Below the pieces are notes generated by a model. It was not told the origin of the DNA, did not search any database, and saw only the letters and a program-made list of their open reading frames with translations. A program made the translations under genes and the position numbers. From the NCBI GenBank assembly GCA_018673925.1, contig JABHBL010000004.1, positions 38,524-102,523 of the forward strand: a DNA stretch of 64,000 bases, written 5' to 3'. Of the stretch, positions 20,533 through 30,509 are shown piece after piece (position 1 is the stretch's first letter; each line of letters opens with the position of its first letter). Source of the stretch: Fidelibacterota bacterium (GTDB lineage: Bacteria; Fidelibacterota; UBA8477; JABMPR01).

Positions 20533-20671
20533 GCCCGGGTTATAGATGTAGTTTTGTCGTTAATCATCACGTATCGATTCAATACCTTATCTTTGCCAGC
20601 GATTATGCCGGTCAATTTTCCCCATGTTTTAGAATCAGTTTGACGACCGGCTGTCCTGCCAAGATACCTGT

Positions 20672-21787
20672 CTATCCCTGAAGCCTGATGGGCATCAGGA
20701 GCATTACTAATTCTTCTTTTTCGGCCTGTACTTCAGGCAAAATTAATCCAGGACCAATTTCAGAACCCAGCCTGAAGACCACGCGATCCGTTTCAACATT
20801 TTTGAGCATATCCTTGAGATAAATTGAATTATAACCCAAGGTCAATTCTTCTCCATCATAGTCAGACAGGACCTGTTCTTTTGCACTTGTGCTGGCTTCT
20901 GGATCTTCCGTAAAGACTTCGATATATCCAGGATGCAGTTTCAAGGCTACCTGGTGGGTCGTACGGTTTGAAAATATGGAAACGCGGCGAACTGTGGTCA
21001 CCAAGTCTTTGCTGGAAAGCGTTACTGTCTTGTCATTGGTAGATGGAATAACACTTCCATAATCTGGGTATTGCTCATCAATCAGGCGGCTGAAAATGGT
21101 AGCCGTCTCTGTGGCGACGCTGATATACTTTTCCCCGACGGATAGATTGATGGTGTCACCATCATCCAGAAAAGACTGGATTAGCGATAAAAATTTTGGT
21201 GGAACAATAATGTTGGCTTCAAAATCAGCAGAGACAAAATCCCGGTTGGTATATTTTACCAGACGATGGCCGTCGGTGGCAACGGCGCGAATTTCGTTAT
21301 TCTTCAATTCAAAAAGAACACCGAGGAGTGCTGGTTTCAGCTCATCCTTTGAAACAGCAAACACGGTTTTTTCTACGGTTCGTTTTAAAACTTTTGATTT
21401 AATCTCGAGACTTTGGGCCGGACCCAGTTCAGGAGCATCAGGGAAATCCAAAGCAGGACGACCAACGATCTTATACGTACCTGCTGTTGTGGATAGCGTC
21501 ACCCGACTATCATCAGACCAGGCGAAGGTGAGTTCTGTATCAGGTAACTCGCTGGTGATCTCCTGGAGCAGACGGACAGGTAGTGCAACGGCCCCCTCAT
21601 CTTCTCCCAGGACATTCAGATTCAGGGTATATGTGATCTCGATATCAGTACTGCGCATGGAGAGAACATTCCCCTTCACGGTGAAGAGAATGTGGTTGAG
21701 AATGGGCATGGTTGAGCGGGTGGGGCTTACGCGGGCCACCTTTTGCAAGCCGTGTAAAAGGGTTGACGAGTCAACGGTAAATTGCAT
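20672..21787 (-). CDS. dnaN: DNA polymerase III beta clamp
   Basis: 'STMPIL', 'VATDGHRL', 'YPDYGSVIP', 'LLMPIR'. Confidence 0.97.
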   Translation of the reverse strand: MQFTVDSSTLLHGLQKVARVSPTRSTMPILNHILFTVKGNVLSMRSTDIEITYTLNLNVLGEDEGAVALPVRLLQEITSELPDTELTFAWSDDSRVTLSTTAGTYKIVGRPALDFPDAPELGPAQSLEIKSKVLKRTVEKTVFAVSKDELKPALLGVLFELKNNEIRAVATDGHRLVKYTNRDFVSADFEANIIVPPKFLSLIQSFLDDGDTINLSVGEKYISVATETATIFSRLIDEQYPDYGSVIPSTNDKTVTLSSKDLVTTVRRVSIFSNRTTHQVALKLHPGYIEVFTEDPEASTSAKEQVLSDYDGEELTLGYNSIYLKDMLKNVETDRVVFRLGSEIGPGLILPEVQAEKEELVMLLMPIRLQG

Positions 21788-22086
21788 GGTTTTGATCTCC
21801 GAATGTCGGGTTATTCACTGTCCTATTTAAAGCAAACCAAACTAAACTTGGAACCGAGCAATTCAAAGCTTGAACCTGTATAAATTAGCCAGTAACTGCA
21901 ATTTTTCGCCCATAACACCCCTTTAAAGGCCGTGAAATGACCTGAGGCAGGACTGACCCAGGGTAAATCGGCATATTTTCGTAGATTTTTAGCTCTGGGG
22001 AGAGTCATACAACCAGGAATGGAAGTACTCCTTGTTGAGACCCGATCATCGCCTAGTTTTGGAGCATCAATTTGTAAACATAATAA

Positions 22087-22530
22087 ATGGGGTGGTTTCT
22101 GAAAAATTTTATCTCGCGCTGGTTTATAAATAACCCAATCCGATTTAGACTCTTTCTGGTGTTTATAGGTATTCTGGCGGGAGTGTCACATCCCTGGTTC
22201 AAAAGTGAAGTAACAACTGAGTTGTCTCAAGTCAAAATGATGTTCATGCTGGGCTTCTCAACCGTGACCTTCACGTTTATGCTCACCCTCTACCGTATGC
22301 TCCAAAAGCTGTTTCGCAAGGGTGTTGAAGTTGAAGGTCGCAAAGTGGATTTTGATGAGCGTACCATGGTGAGGGCTAGTGGTATCTTTTGGTTTATCCC
22401 GTTTGGCCTGACCTTACAAGTATCAACCTTTAGCTCTGCCGCCCCTGACCCACATTTTGGGAAAGTTATGATTATTCAGGGTCTGGCCATTGCTCTCGGT
22501 GCCTGGCTATCTCAGATCATTAAAAAATAG
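22087..22530 (+). CDS. Hypothetical membrane protein (about 4 TM)
   Basis: 147-aa ORF with several hydrophobic segments. Confidence 0.6.
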   Translation: MGWFLKNFISRWFINNPIRFRLFLVFIGILAGVSHPWFKSEVTTELSQVKMMFMLGFSTVTFTFMLTLYRMLQKLFRKGVEVEGRKVDFDERTMVRASGIFWFIPFGLTLQVSTFSSAAPDPHFGKVMIIQGLAIALGAWLSQIIKK

Positions 22531-22550
22531 CAGAGACAGGGAATACTATT

Positions 22551-23729
22551 TTGAACACGCTTAGAGTCCTTCTTTTGCTCATTATGATATCAACTTCATT
22601 TGCTGAGAAATCATCAATAAATATTCAGACTGTTCCAATTTCAAAACCAACAGTGAAACTCTTCCCAGTTTATGATAAAGAATTGATAGGATTTATTGAT
22701 TCAACAGGCGCGACCATAATTAAACCGCAGTTCTCAGTACTCATTAATGATACAACTATTCGATACATGGAATCGGCTACTGGGACCAAAATGCCCTCAG
22801 TGCTCCCTTATTATTTTAAAGAGGGTAAGCTGATCTTGGGGCAATCTGAGGTCTACTCACTGCTTAAACATGGTAACCATTACTCAATTATTAATGAAGC
22901 AGGTCAGATTGAAACGGAAATGATCTTTGAATGGGTGGGAGAATTTAGTGAGGGCTTTGCACCAGTTTGTAAGGCACGAACATTTTTGGGAATAAAGATC
23001 GGTGAAAAGTGGGGTACAATTGATCACTCCGGACAGGTGCAAATAGAACCCTGGTTTGATTATCTTGGTCCTTTTTCAGAGGGCTTGGCTGTGGCCCGTA
23101 AGAAGAAACATTATGGGTTTATTGATACTTCTGGTGTATGGGTTATCCCACCGGAATTTCAAGAATGTCGACCATTCCATGAAGGATTGGCTGCAATAAG
23201 TAGAGATGGAAATTGGGGGTACATCAATAAGCAAGGTAAGCAAATAATTGAAACCAGTGCTGAGAAGGTCTGGGATTATAATGACGGACGAGCCCGGGTT
23301 AGTGTTGCCGGGCAATACGGCTTCATAGACTCTGAAGGTGGCTTTGTTGTAAGACCATCCCTTGATTTTGCCCTGGATTATCAGGAGGGCTTGAGTTGTG
23401 TTGCTAGAGATAGTAGTGGGGGATACATCGATCTGGATGGTCAGTGGGCGATAAATCTTCAATATGCAAATGCAGGTACATTTTCACAGGGTTTAGCCGC
23501 TGTAAAGGTGGGTGAGTTGTGGGGATATATCAATCGAGAGAATGAAATGATTATAGAACCTCAATATCAACTGGCCTTCCCCTTTCAGGGTGGTTTAAGT
23601 ATAGTCTGGGACAACTTCCAGCCAGTTTATATTAACTCTAGGGGTGAAAAACTATCAGTTCTATATCTTGACGTCACACCGAGCCAGAATTTTTTTAAGC
23701 GCTGGTTTACCTATCCCAAAACTATATAA
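22551..23729 (+). CDS. WG-repeat (KWG) exported protein
   Basis: Signal peptide; repeated 'F.EGLA.V....WG(Y/F)I...G' units. Confidence 0.9.
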   Translation: MNTLRVLLLLIMISTSFAEKSSINIQTVPISKPTVKLFPVYDKELIGFIDSTGATIIKPQFSVLINDTTIRYMESATGTKMPSVLPYYFKEGKLILGQSEVYSLLKHGNHYSIINEAGQIETEMIFEWVGEFSEGFAPVCKARTFLGIKIGEKWGTIDHSGQVQIEPWFDYLGPFSEGLAVARKKKHYGFIDTSGVWVIPPEFQECRPFHEGLAAISRDGNWGYINKQGKQIIETSAEKVWDYNDGRARVSVAGQYGFIDSEGGFVVRPSLDFALDYQEGLSCVARDSSGGYIDLDGQWAINLQYANAGTFSQGLAAVKVGELWGYINRENEMIIEPQYQLAFPFQGGLSIVWDNFQPVYINSRGEKLSVLYLDVTPSQNFFKRWFTYPKTI

Positions 23730-23836
23730 ACAAACTTCTCCTCTTTCAATCTACAAAGCTGGTATTATTTTTACTCAGTTAACCGCATTTCCTGAATAAC
23801 CTTTTCTTTTAATCCAAAGCAGTCTCATTTTATAAG

Positions 23837-26251
23837 ATGGAAAAAGCCATGTATGTTGAAATTGTTTTTCCCCTGAGTCTTGATCAGGCCTTTACCTATT
23901 CGGTTCCAGAAGAACTGAACGATGTCGTTCAAGTTGGCCAACGCGTGATTGCTTCCCTTGGTCGACGAAAACAACAGGGCATGATCATAGGTGTCAAGTC
24001 AGAACCACCGGCAGACTTTACCGGCAAATTAAAAAGTTTCGAAAATATCGTAGATCCAGTACCGGTTTTTGATCTACACCTCATCAATCTTCTTAAATGG
24101 ATGAGCCGCTACTATTTCACACCCCTGGGTAAGGTGATCCAATCCGCCATACCGTCTGATGCTCGCATGAAAAAAGAAGTCATTATTCAGCCCACGGCTC
24201 TCTTGCATGGAACAGATGAGTTCAGTAAATTTTTAAAAGTGAAAGGCCTCGTTCGGCTTTCAACCCTGAAAAGAAAATTCGGTGCAGACATTGCCGTAAA
24301 CCAGGTCGCCCGTCTGCAAAGGCAAGGTCTTCTGGAGCTTGAGAATGAATTTGAATTCAAAGGGAAAAGGGCCTCGAGCTACCTTGTTATTCCAGATCTT
24401 GGGCGGGATTCAGAAATTCCCACTAATGCTCGAGCCCAGCAAAAAGCTTTTGATATTCTCAATGACTTTCCAGATGGTATTCCCCTGGATAAGCTACGGG
24501 ATGACTATGAAGTATACCGGCCCATCATCCACAAGCTGGCTGATCGTGGCCTGGTGACTTTACAGGAAATTGAACCTGATATAGACCCCCTGAAGGACTA
24601 TCATCGACCACCACCGAAGACAGTTGAACTGAACCACGAGCAGAGCATTGCACTCAATGAGGTGACTCGCTCTCTGGATGATCGTGTATTCACACCCTAT
24701 CTGCTTTTTGGTGTTGCAGGGAGTGGGAAAACGGAAGTCTATTTAAATGCTGCCGCCCATACTCTTCAACAGGGACGTTCTGTCATTGTCCTGGTGCCTG
24801 AAATCGCTCTTGCTCCTCAAATTGCCTATCGCTTTCAATCGCGCTTCGGAAACATTGTAGCTCTTTGGCATTCAGGCCTCAAAGGAGCCGAACGGCTGTG
24901 GACCTGGCAGCAAATTCAGCAGAACAAATTTACCATAGTAGTGGGCGCCAGATCGGCGGTTTTAACACCCCTAAAAGACCTGGGTCTCATCATTGTAGAT
25001 GAAGAACAGGAGAACAGCTATAAGCAACAGGACAATGAGCCTCGTTATCATGCTCGCGATGTAGCTCTGGTACGCGGTCAGGAAGAAAAAGCAGTTGTAT
25101 TATTGGGATCAGCGACGCCGTCACTTGAAACCTATTACAATTTGACGACCAATCGCTATAAAGGACTCCATATCACCAAACGGTGGGAGAAAGCCAAACC
25201 GCCCCTGGTCGATCTCATAGATATGGGGGTTGAGCGGGATGAAACTCGTGATTATTCCAACCCCTTCTCCAGAAAACTTGTTGATGCCATCAGAGAGACT
25301 TTGGAGCAAGATAAACAGGTCATTTTATTTCAAAATCGACGTGGCTATGCACCAGTCATTACCTGTAAAGATTGCAACTGGACCATGGCCTGCCCACATG
25401 ATGATATGTCGCTGACCTATCATAAAATTGGCAATAAGATGCGTTGCCACTTTTGTGATTTTGAAGCGCCCACTCCTGTGAGTTGCCCTGAATGTCGATC
25501 ACTGGAGTTGAAATTTGGTGGAATGGGAACCCAGATGGTCGAAGAGGCCCTGGAGACCCAATTCCCAGATGTACCGGTCTGTCGTATGGATATGGATACC
25601 ACCAGGGGGAAGGGAGCTCACACCAAATTGCTTGGTGATTTCGCCCGTGGAGAGTACAAAATTCTGTTGGGCACCCAGATGATTGCAAAGGGTCTGGATT
25701 TTGAAAATGTTACGCTTGTGGGAGTGATTAATGCTGATTCAGGTTTGCATTTTCCAGATTTCAGGTCTCGCGAGAAAACCTTCCAACTGGTGTACCAGGT
25801 CTCTGGTAGATCAGGTCGTGGTGAATTCCCCGGTCGTGTTGTTGTACAGAGTTGGATGCCAGATGATATTTCCATCCAGTGTGCCACCAGAAGTGATGTT
25901 AAACTATTCTATAATGGGGAGCTAAATGATCGCGACCAGCTCCAGTATCCACCATTCTCAAGAATGATATCTTTCGGGTTTCAAGGGCGCTCAAGGGATG
26001 CGGTGATTCGATTGTCAGAGCGGGCAGCAGAAACGTTCAAAAATCAGAAGACTATTCAGTTATTGGGACCTGCACCTGCCATGATCGAAAAGAGTCACAT
26101 GGGGTACCACTGGAAACTAGTTTTGAAAACTTCCAAAGCAGATGATCCTAGCGGTGGAACTCTCCGACAGGCTGCAGCACATGTATTACAAACTACCCAG
26201 GACAAATATGTTCGAGTAACTGTAGATGTGGATCCATATCAAATCCTTTAA
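23837..26251 (+). CDS. priA: Primosomal protein N'
   Basis: 'GSGKTEVY', 'LVPEIAL', DEEQ, 'GSATPS', 'NRRGY', Cys clusters, 'GTQMIAKGLDF'. Confidence 0.97.
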   Translation: MEKAMYVEIVFPLSLDQAFTYSVPEELNDVVQVGQRVIASLGRRKQQGMIIGVKSEPPADFTGKLKSFENIVDPVPVFDLHLINLLKWMSRYYFTPLGKVIQSAIPSDARMKKEVIIQPTALLHGTDEFSKFLKVKGLVRLSTLKRKFGADIAVNQVARLQRQGLLELENEFEFKGKRASSYLVIPDLGRDSEIPTNARAQQKAFDILNDFPDGIPLDKLRDDYEVYRPIIHKLADRGLVTLQEIEPDIDPLKDYHRPPPKTVELNHEQSIALNEVTRSLDDRVFTPYLLFGVAGSGKTEVYLNAAAHTLQQGRSVIVLVPEIALAPQIAYRFQSRFGNIVALWHSGLKGAERLWTWQQIQQNKFTIVVGARSAVLTPLKDLGLIIVDEEQENSYKQQDNEPRYHARDVALVRGQEEKAVVLLGSATPSLETYYNLTTNRYKGLHITKRWEKAKPPLVDLIDMGVERDETRDYSNPFSRKLVDAIRETLEQDKQVILFQNRRGYAPVITCKDCNWTMACPHDDMSLTYHKIGNKMRCHFCDFEAPTPVSCPECRSLELKFGGMGTQMVEEALETQFPDVPVCRMDMDTTRGKGAHTKLLGDFARGEYKILLGTQMIAKGLDFENVTLVGVINADSGLHFPDFRSREKTFQLVYQVSGRSGRGEFPGRVVVQSWMPDDISIQCATRSDVKLFYNGELNDRDQLQYPPFSRMISFGFQGRSRDAVIRLSERAAETFKNQKTIQLLGPAPAMIEKSHMGYHWKLVLKTSKADDPSGGTLRQAAAHVLQTTQDKYVRVTVDVDPYQIL

Positions 26252-27137
26252 CTCAAAGGGTAGGATAGTTCTCGGTACCCTCATGGTACTCTTGGCATTT
26301 GTACCACTTTCAGGTGATGCCTTGATGTTGAAATCCGGTAACCTTTCCCTCATGAGTGACAGGGGTGACTCAACCCTTCTGCGCAATGCTCTTGAGTTGA
26401 TCCGAGAAGAGCAACAATACTACCAGGCCCTGTTTGGCTTGAGTCTCAACAAAGAGCTGGAAATTCGATTTTACTATAACCCTGATAAAGTGGGATCACG
26501 CTTACATAGCGTTCCATACTGGAGTGCCGGAATAGCCAGAGCAGGTTCAGAAATTTTGATTTACGGAAGAAATCGTAATCAATGGCTCTCAACCCTTAAG
26601 CACGAGCTGTTCCATGCCCTTCTCGGGCAAAATGAGGTTAGCGTCCCTGTCTGGCTGAATGAAGGTCTGGCGCAATGGCATGCTGGTCAGATGGACTGGG
26701 GTGGGTTTATGGGATTGGGGACTGCCACAGCGAGGGGGAATCTCATCCCTCTGGTTGATCTGGATGTCATTCTCAGCTTTAATCATAAACGGGCAAACCT
26801 GGCTTATGCTCAGGCTTTAGACGCCACAAGATTTTTGATCAAGCGTCATGGCGAATCCATTTTGCCCTATCTGCTTCGTGCAGATGATTTTGGTTTTCGA
26901 GAGCGCTTTAAAGCTGAAACAGGTGAGGATTTGATCAACTTTGAAATCGCCTGGCGAGAGAAGCTGGAAGAACAGTTCTGGTTTTTTAAAATTTCACGTA
27001 TTCCTGGAGTTCTCTGGGCGGTATCACCTCTCATCGTCGTTTTGGCCTGGTTTCTCAAACGTCGCAAGGGTAAAAAGAAACTGGAAGAATGGGATCAGGA
27101 AGAGTCTGTTCAAGATGAACCCAAGTATTTCGCATGA
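26226..27137 (+). CDS. Peptidase MA-like (gluzincin) domain membrane protein
   Basis: 'HELFH' plus 'PVWLNEGLA'; C-terminal TM segment. Start uncertain. Confidence 0.8.
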   Translation: MWIHIKSFNSKGRIVLGTLMVLLAFVPLSGDALMLKSGNLSLMSDRGDSTLLRNALELIREEQQYYQALFGLSLNKELEIRFYYNPDKVGSRLHSVPYWSAGIARAGSEILIYGRNRNQWLSTLKHELFHALLGQNEVSVPVWLNEGLAQWHAGQMDWGGFMGLGTATARGNLIPLVDLDVILSFNHKRANLAYAQALDATRFLIKRHGESILPYLLRADDFGFRERFKAETGEDLINFEIAWREKLEEQFWFFKISRIPGVLWAVSPLIVVLAWFLKRRKGKKKLEEWDQEESVQDEPKYFA

Positions 27138-27245
27138 TTATGATCCAATCAAGTCGTTTTGAAGCCATCGGAAATACGGTTATGTAGGATGCTGCCTACA
27201 GATATATTAGTATTTACTCACCAGGGGCATAACGAGGAGAATATC

Positions 27246-28134
27246 ATGAAAAAATCAATTATTATGCTGCTGATTGGTGTGCTGTTAAGTGGTTTCGCTA
27301 TGAGTCAAGACATACCCGATCCCCGCATAATACAAGCGCAGCAGCTTGAAGCTGAAAAAAAGTTCAAAGAAGCATTTAAGCTCTATGAGAAAATTCACAA
27401 AACTGCCCCAGAGAATAACACGATTACCTTCAAACTGGCTGGTATGGCGCACACGTCAAAAAACTATAAAAAAAGCAATCAAATATTATGAAAAACTTGC
27501 ACCTAATGGAAATCCGACGGTGCTTTATAATCTGGCTTGTTCCTATGCTATGCATGGGAGGGAAAAGAAGGCTTTGGAAGCTCTTGAGTCAGCTGTAGAC
27601 AAAGGCTTTATACAGCTCGGCCTGATGAAAACAGACTCTGATCTGTCCAGTATCAGAGATACTGATAAATTCAAAATGATTTTAAGCTCAGTGAAATCGA
27701 TTGAGAATGAACCTGAAGCTCAAAAGTTTGATTTTTGGGTGGGTGAATGGAATGTTTATGGTGTGAATGATGCAAAGGTCGGGGAAAGTAGTATTCAGAA
27801 AATTCTTAAAGGCAATGTCATCCTTGAGAATTGGAGTGGAGCTGGTGGTTTTATTGGCAAAAGCTTCAACCATTATCATATGGATTCGGGTCGTTGGATT
27901 CAATACTGGGTGGATCAAAGCTCAGGCAGGATCTATTTCGAAGGTAACTTTGATCCAGAACAGAACGCCATGGTCTATTTTGAGCAGGTAGATGAGAAAT
28001 CAGAAAAGCCACTACGACGACTCACCTTCTTCAACATTTCTCCTGACAGCGTAAGGCAGTTTTCTCAACTTAGTTCAGACTATGGAAAAAATTGGAATGT
28101 GGAATATGACTTTATGTATGTTCGGAAACCATAG
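27246..28134 (+). pseudogene. Exported TPR protein with C-terminal beta domain, split by an extra A in an A7 run (27468-27474)
   Basis: GAGGAG RBS and signal peptide MKKSIIMLL. Removing one A joins '...SKNYKK' to 'AIKYYEKLAPNGNPTVLYNLAC...FDFWVGEW'. Confidence 0.7.
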
Positions 28135-28143
28135 GGAAAGCTT

Positions 28144-28788
28144 ATGTCTTCCACCATTACTGTAATTGGATCAACTGGTTTAATCGGATTAGAATTTCTC
28201 AGTCAGATTACTGAAGGGGAGTACCAAAAGGTAAATGCCATAACCCGTCGTCAGATTACCAGTCTATCTGGCAAACCATTTATCCACCAGGCTGTTCATA
28301 ACTTTGAAGATCTTGAAAGTATGCGCGGTGAATTAAAATCTGATGTATTGGTTTGCACGCTAGGCACCACAATTAAAACCGCTGGCTCACAGGAACGCTT
28401 CATCGAGATTGATCATGATATTCCTCTGGCGCTGGCAAAAATCGCTCACGAGGAAGGTTGTAATACCTTCATCCTGGTGTCATCCATGGGTGCTGATGCC
28501 AACTCAAGTATCTTCTACAGCCGTGTTAAAGGTCAACTGGAGGAGGCTCTCAAGGCAGTAGGCTTTCCACGGTTGCACATCTTGAGACCAAGTATCTTGC
28601 TGGGAGACCGACAAGAAAGTCGCCCTGGTGAATTTGTAGGAAAACTCATCATGCAGCCCTTGTCTTTCCTCATTCCCTGGAAATACAAACCCATCCAGGC
28701 CAGCACGCTAGCAGCAAAAATTCGTGAAATCATTGCTGCAGAGAAATCGGGAGTAAGAATCTGGTCAGGTAAGAACCTTTTCCACTAG
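28144..28788 (+). CDS. NAD(P)-binding oxidoreductase (YraR/TIP30-like)
   Basis: 'GSTGLIG', 'CTLGTTIKTAGS', 'VSSMGA', 'FYSRVKG', 'RPSILLG'. Confidence 0.9.
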   Translation: MSSTITVIGSTGLIGLEFLSQITEGEYQKVNAITRRQITSLSGKPFIHQAVHNFEDLESMRGELKSDVLVCTLGTTIKTAGSQERFIEIDHDIPLALAKIAHEEGCNTFILVSSMGADANSSIFYSRVKGQLEEALKAVGFPRLHILRPSILLGDRQESRPGEFVGKLIMQPLSFLIPWKYKPIQASTLAAKIREIIAAEKSGVRIWSGKNLFH

Positions 28789-28894
28789 AATTGATCCAGA
28801 ACACACAATCATTCATCTGTGAGCACTAACACAACATAAAGCACTCTATTTTCTCATATTGTCTTCAGGCGGGGCAAACCTGGAGGATGGAGAA

Positions 28895-28978
28895 ATGGAC
28901 GATAACAAACAGTACGGTTTTCAACTATTTATGCTCATTGCCACCCTGGTTCTGGTACTTGGGATTTCTAGACTGTAA
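28895..28978 (+). CDS. Candidate small membrane peptide (27 aa)
   Basis: MDDNKQYGFQLFMLIATLVLVLGISRL*, preceded by GGAGG/GGAGA; one hydrophobic helix. Confidence 0.4.
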   Translation: MDDNKQYGFQLFMLIATLVLVLGISRL

Positions 28979-29014
28979 TGATCTTTATTCGATCCGCATG
29001 AAATCTAGACGACT

Positions 29015-30484
29015 TCACCTATTACCTTGATACAATTTCTCGGGGTAGATAAAATTGCTGCCAACCTTCACCTGGTAAATATTGCCCATTTCATCATATT
29101 GGAAAATGACCAGTTCACCATTTCCATTATCTCCCACCATGCGGAAAGTGTCTTTACCTTCAGGCGATAGTTCAATCACCTCACTTCCTGGATTGTCTTC
29201 AGGAGGGAAGCTCAAAGTGCTCATTACGAGCTGCTGATTTTTAACCAAAACCACAGTGTAGTAGGGACCTGGTTCGACATAGGTTCCAGCATATTTTTTC
29301 CACTTTGCATCGAATTCATCAGTTGGACTTGGTGGAGCAAAGGCTGATACAATTGGGGCGGCCATATAATCCAAAATATGACGAGCTAGAAAGCTGGGTT
29401 CACCATCATCAGAGTTTGTCATGACGATCACACCAACTTTCTCAGAGGGGATAAACATAATCTGGGTTCGATTGCCACCTACCCAGCCCCCATGACCATT
29501 AATGGTTTGTCCGTTACGCTGCCAGGCTGACCAACCCAGGCCCCACCCACTAGACCAGCTAGGACGAAGAAATTGAACACGATGCATTTCTCTCAGAGAG
29601 CTTCCCTTGAGCACTGCTGTAGAGGAGTTATCATCCTCACGGAATTGAAGACTTACATAGCTCGCCAGGTCGGTTACTGTGGAGGCGAGACTGGCTGCCG
29701 CAGCAATTCCCTTGGTGTCGGTGTATTCTTCCACCTCGTGGTCACCACCAGCTTGTCGATGGGAGTAGGGAGTAACCAATAATTGTTGATAGCTTGGATC
29801 TGGGATAACTGAGCTAGCATCCATTTTAAGGGGTTCCAGAATATGAGTTTGGACGTATTCTTCATAAGTCACTCCTGAAACGACAGCAACGATCTCTCCA
29901 GCCAATGACAATCCCAGATTCGAGTATTTAATTTCTGTTGAAGGTGGATATATCGTCTCTTGAGTGGACAGGGTTTCCTTGATCTGCTCCATGGTGGGAA
30001 ACTTATGGTCGGTCCAGTATGGAAAATCTGCCTCACGGGGTAATCCGGACGTGTGAGTAAGCAAGTGTCGAATGGTGATAGCAGGTTCACCTGGAAAACG
30101 TTGTGAAATGTTAAACCAGGGTAAGTACATTTTTACAGGATCGTCTAGACGAAGCTTCCCTGCATCTCGCAATTGAACCAGGGCAGTTGCCGTGAAGGTC
30201 TTGGTGATGGACGCCATGCGAAATGGATCCTGCACCGTCAGGAGTGTCTTCTTCTCCAGGTCAGAGAAACCAAAACTCTTGCTGTAAACCAACTCCTGGT
30301 CATAAACCAACCCAATGGTGATACCTGGAATATTGCGGTACCCCTGTTGGGCCTTGACCCAGGTTTCAAGGAGTTTTAAATCGCCTCCAATAGATTGAAT
30401 TGCTGTTTCAGATTTACTCATTGAAAAGCAAGTTGAGCTCAACAATATGAGAATAAGTGCACTGATCAGACGCTGTTTTTTCAT
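29015..30484 (-). CDS. Serine hydrolase, beta-lactamase/AmpC-like family
   Basis: Signal peptide; SxxK 'SITK', 'LLTHTSGL', 'YSN', 'HGG'. Confidence 0.92.
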   Translation of the reverse strand: MKKQRLISALILILLSSTCFSMSKSETAIQSIGGDLKLLETWVKAQQGYRNIPGITIGLVYDQELVYSKSFGFSDLEKKTLLTVQDPFRMASITKTFTATALVQLRDAGKLRLDDPVKMYLPWFNISQRFPGEPAITIRHLLTHTSGLPREADFPYWTDHKFPTMEQIKETLSTQETIYPPSTEIKYSNLGLSLAGEIVAVVSGVTYEEYVQTHILEPLKMDASSVIPDPSYQQLLVTPYSHRQAGGDHEVEEYTDTKGIAAAASLASTVTDLASYVSLQFREDDNSSTAVLKGSSLREMHRVQFLRPSWSSGWGLGWSAWQRNGQTINGHGGWVGGNRTQIMFIPSEKVGVIVMTNSDDGEPSFLARHILDYMAAPIVSAFAPPSPTDEFDAKWKKYAGTYVEPGPYYTVVLVKNQQLVMSTLSFPPEDNPGSEVIELSPEGKDTFRMVGDNGNGELVIFQYDEMGNIYQVKVGSNFIYPEKLYQGNR

Positions 30485-30509
30485 AAGGTCCCCTCCTGAT
30501 GAAAGTAGA

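Noticed and set aside
21096-21830. 244-aa plus-strand ORF
   Set aside because: Antisense shadow of dnaN; Ser/Arg-rich with no motifs. The same reasoning applies to the many other short ORFs nested within or antisense to confident genes.
21788-22086. oriC
   Set aside because: No cluster of TTATNCACA boxes, no evident AT-rich unwinding element and no adjacent dnaA.
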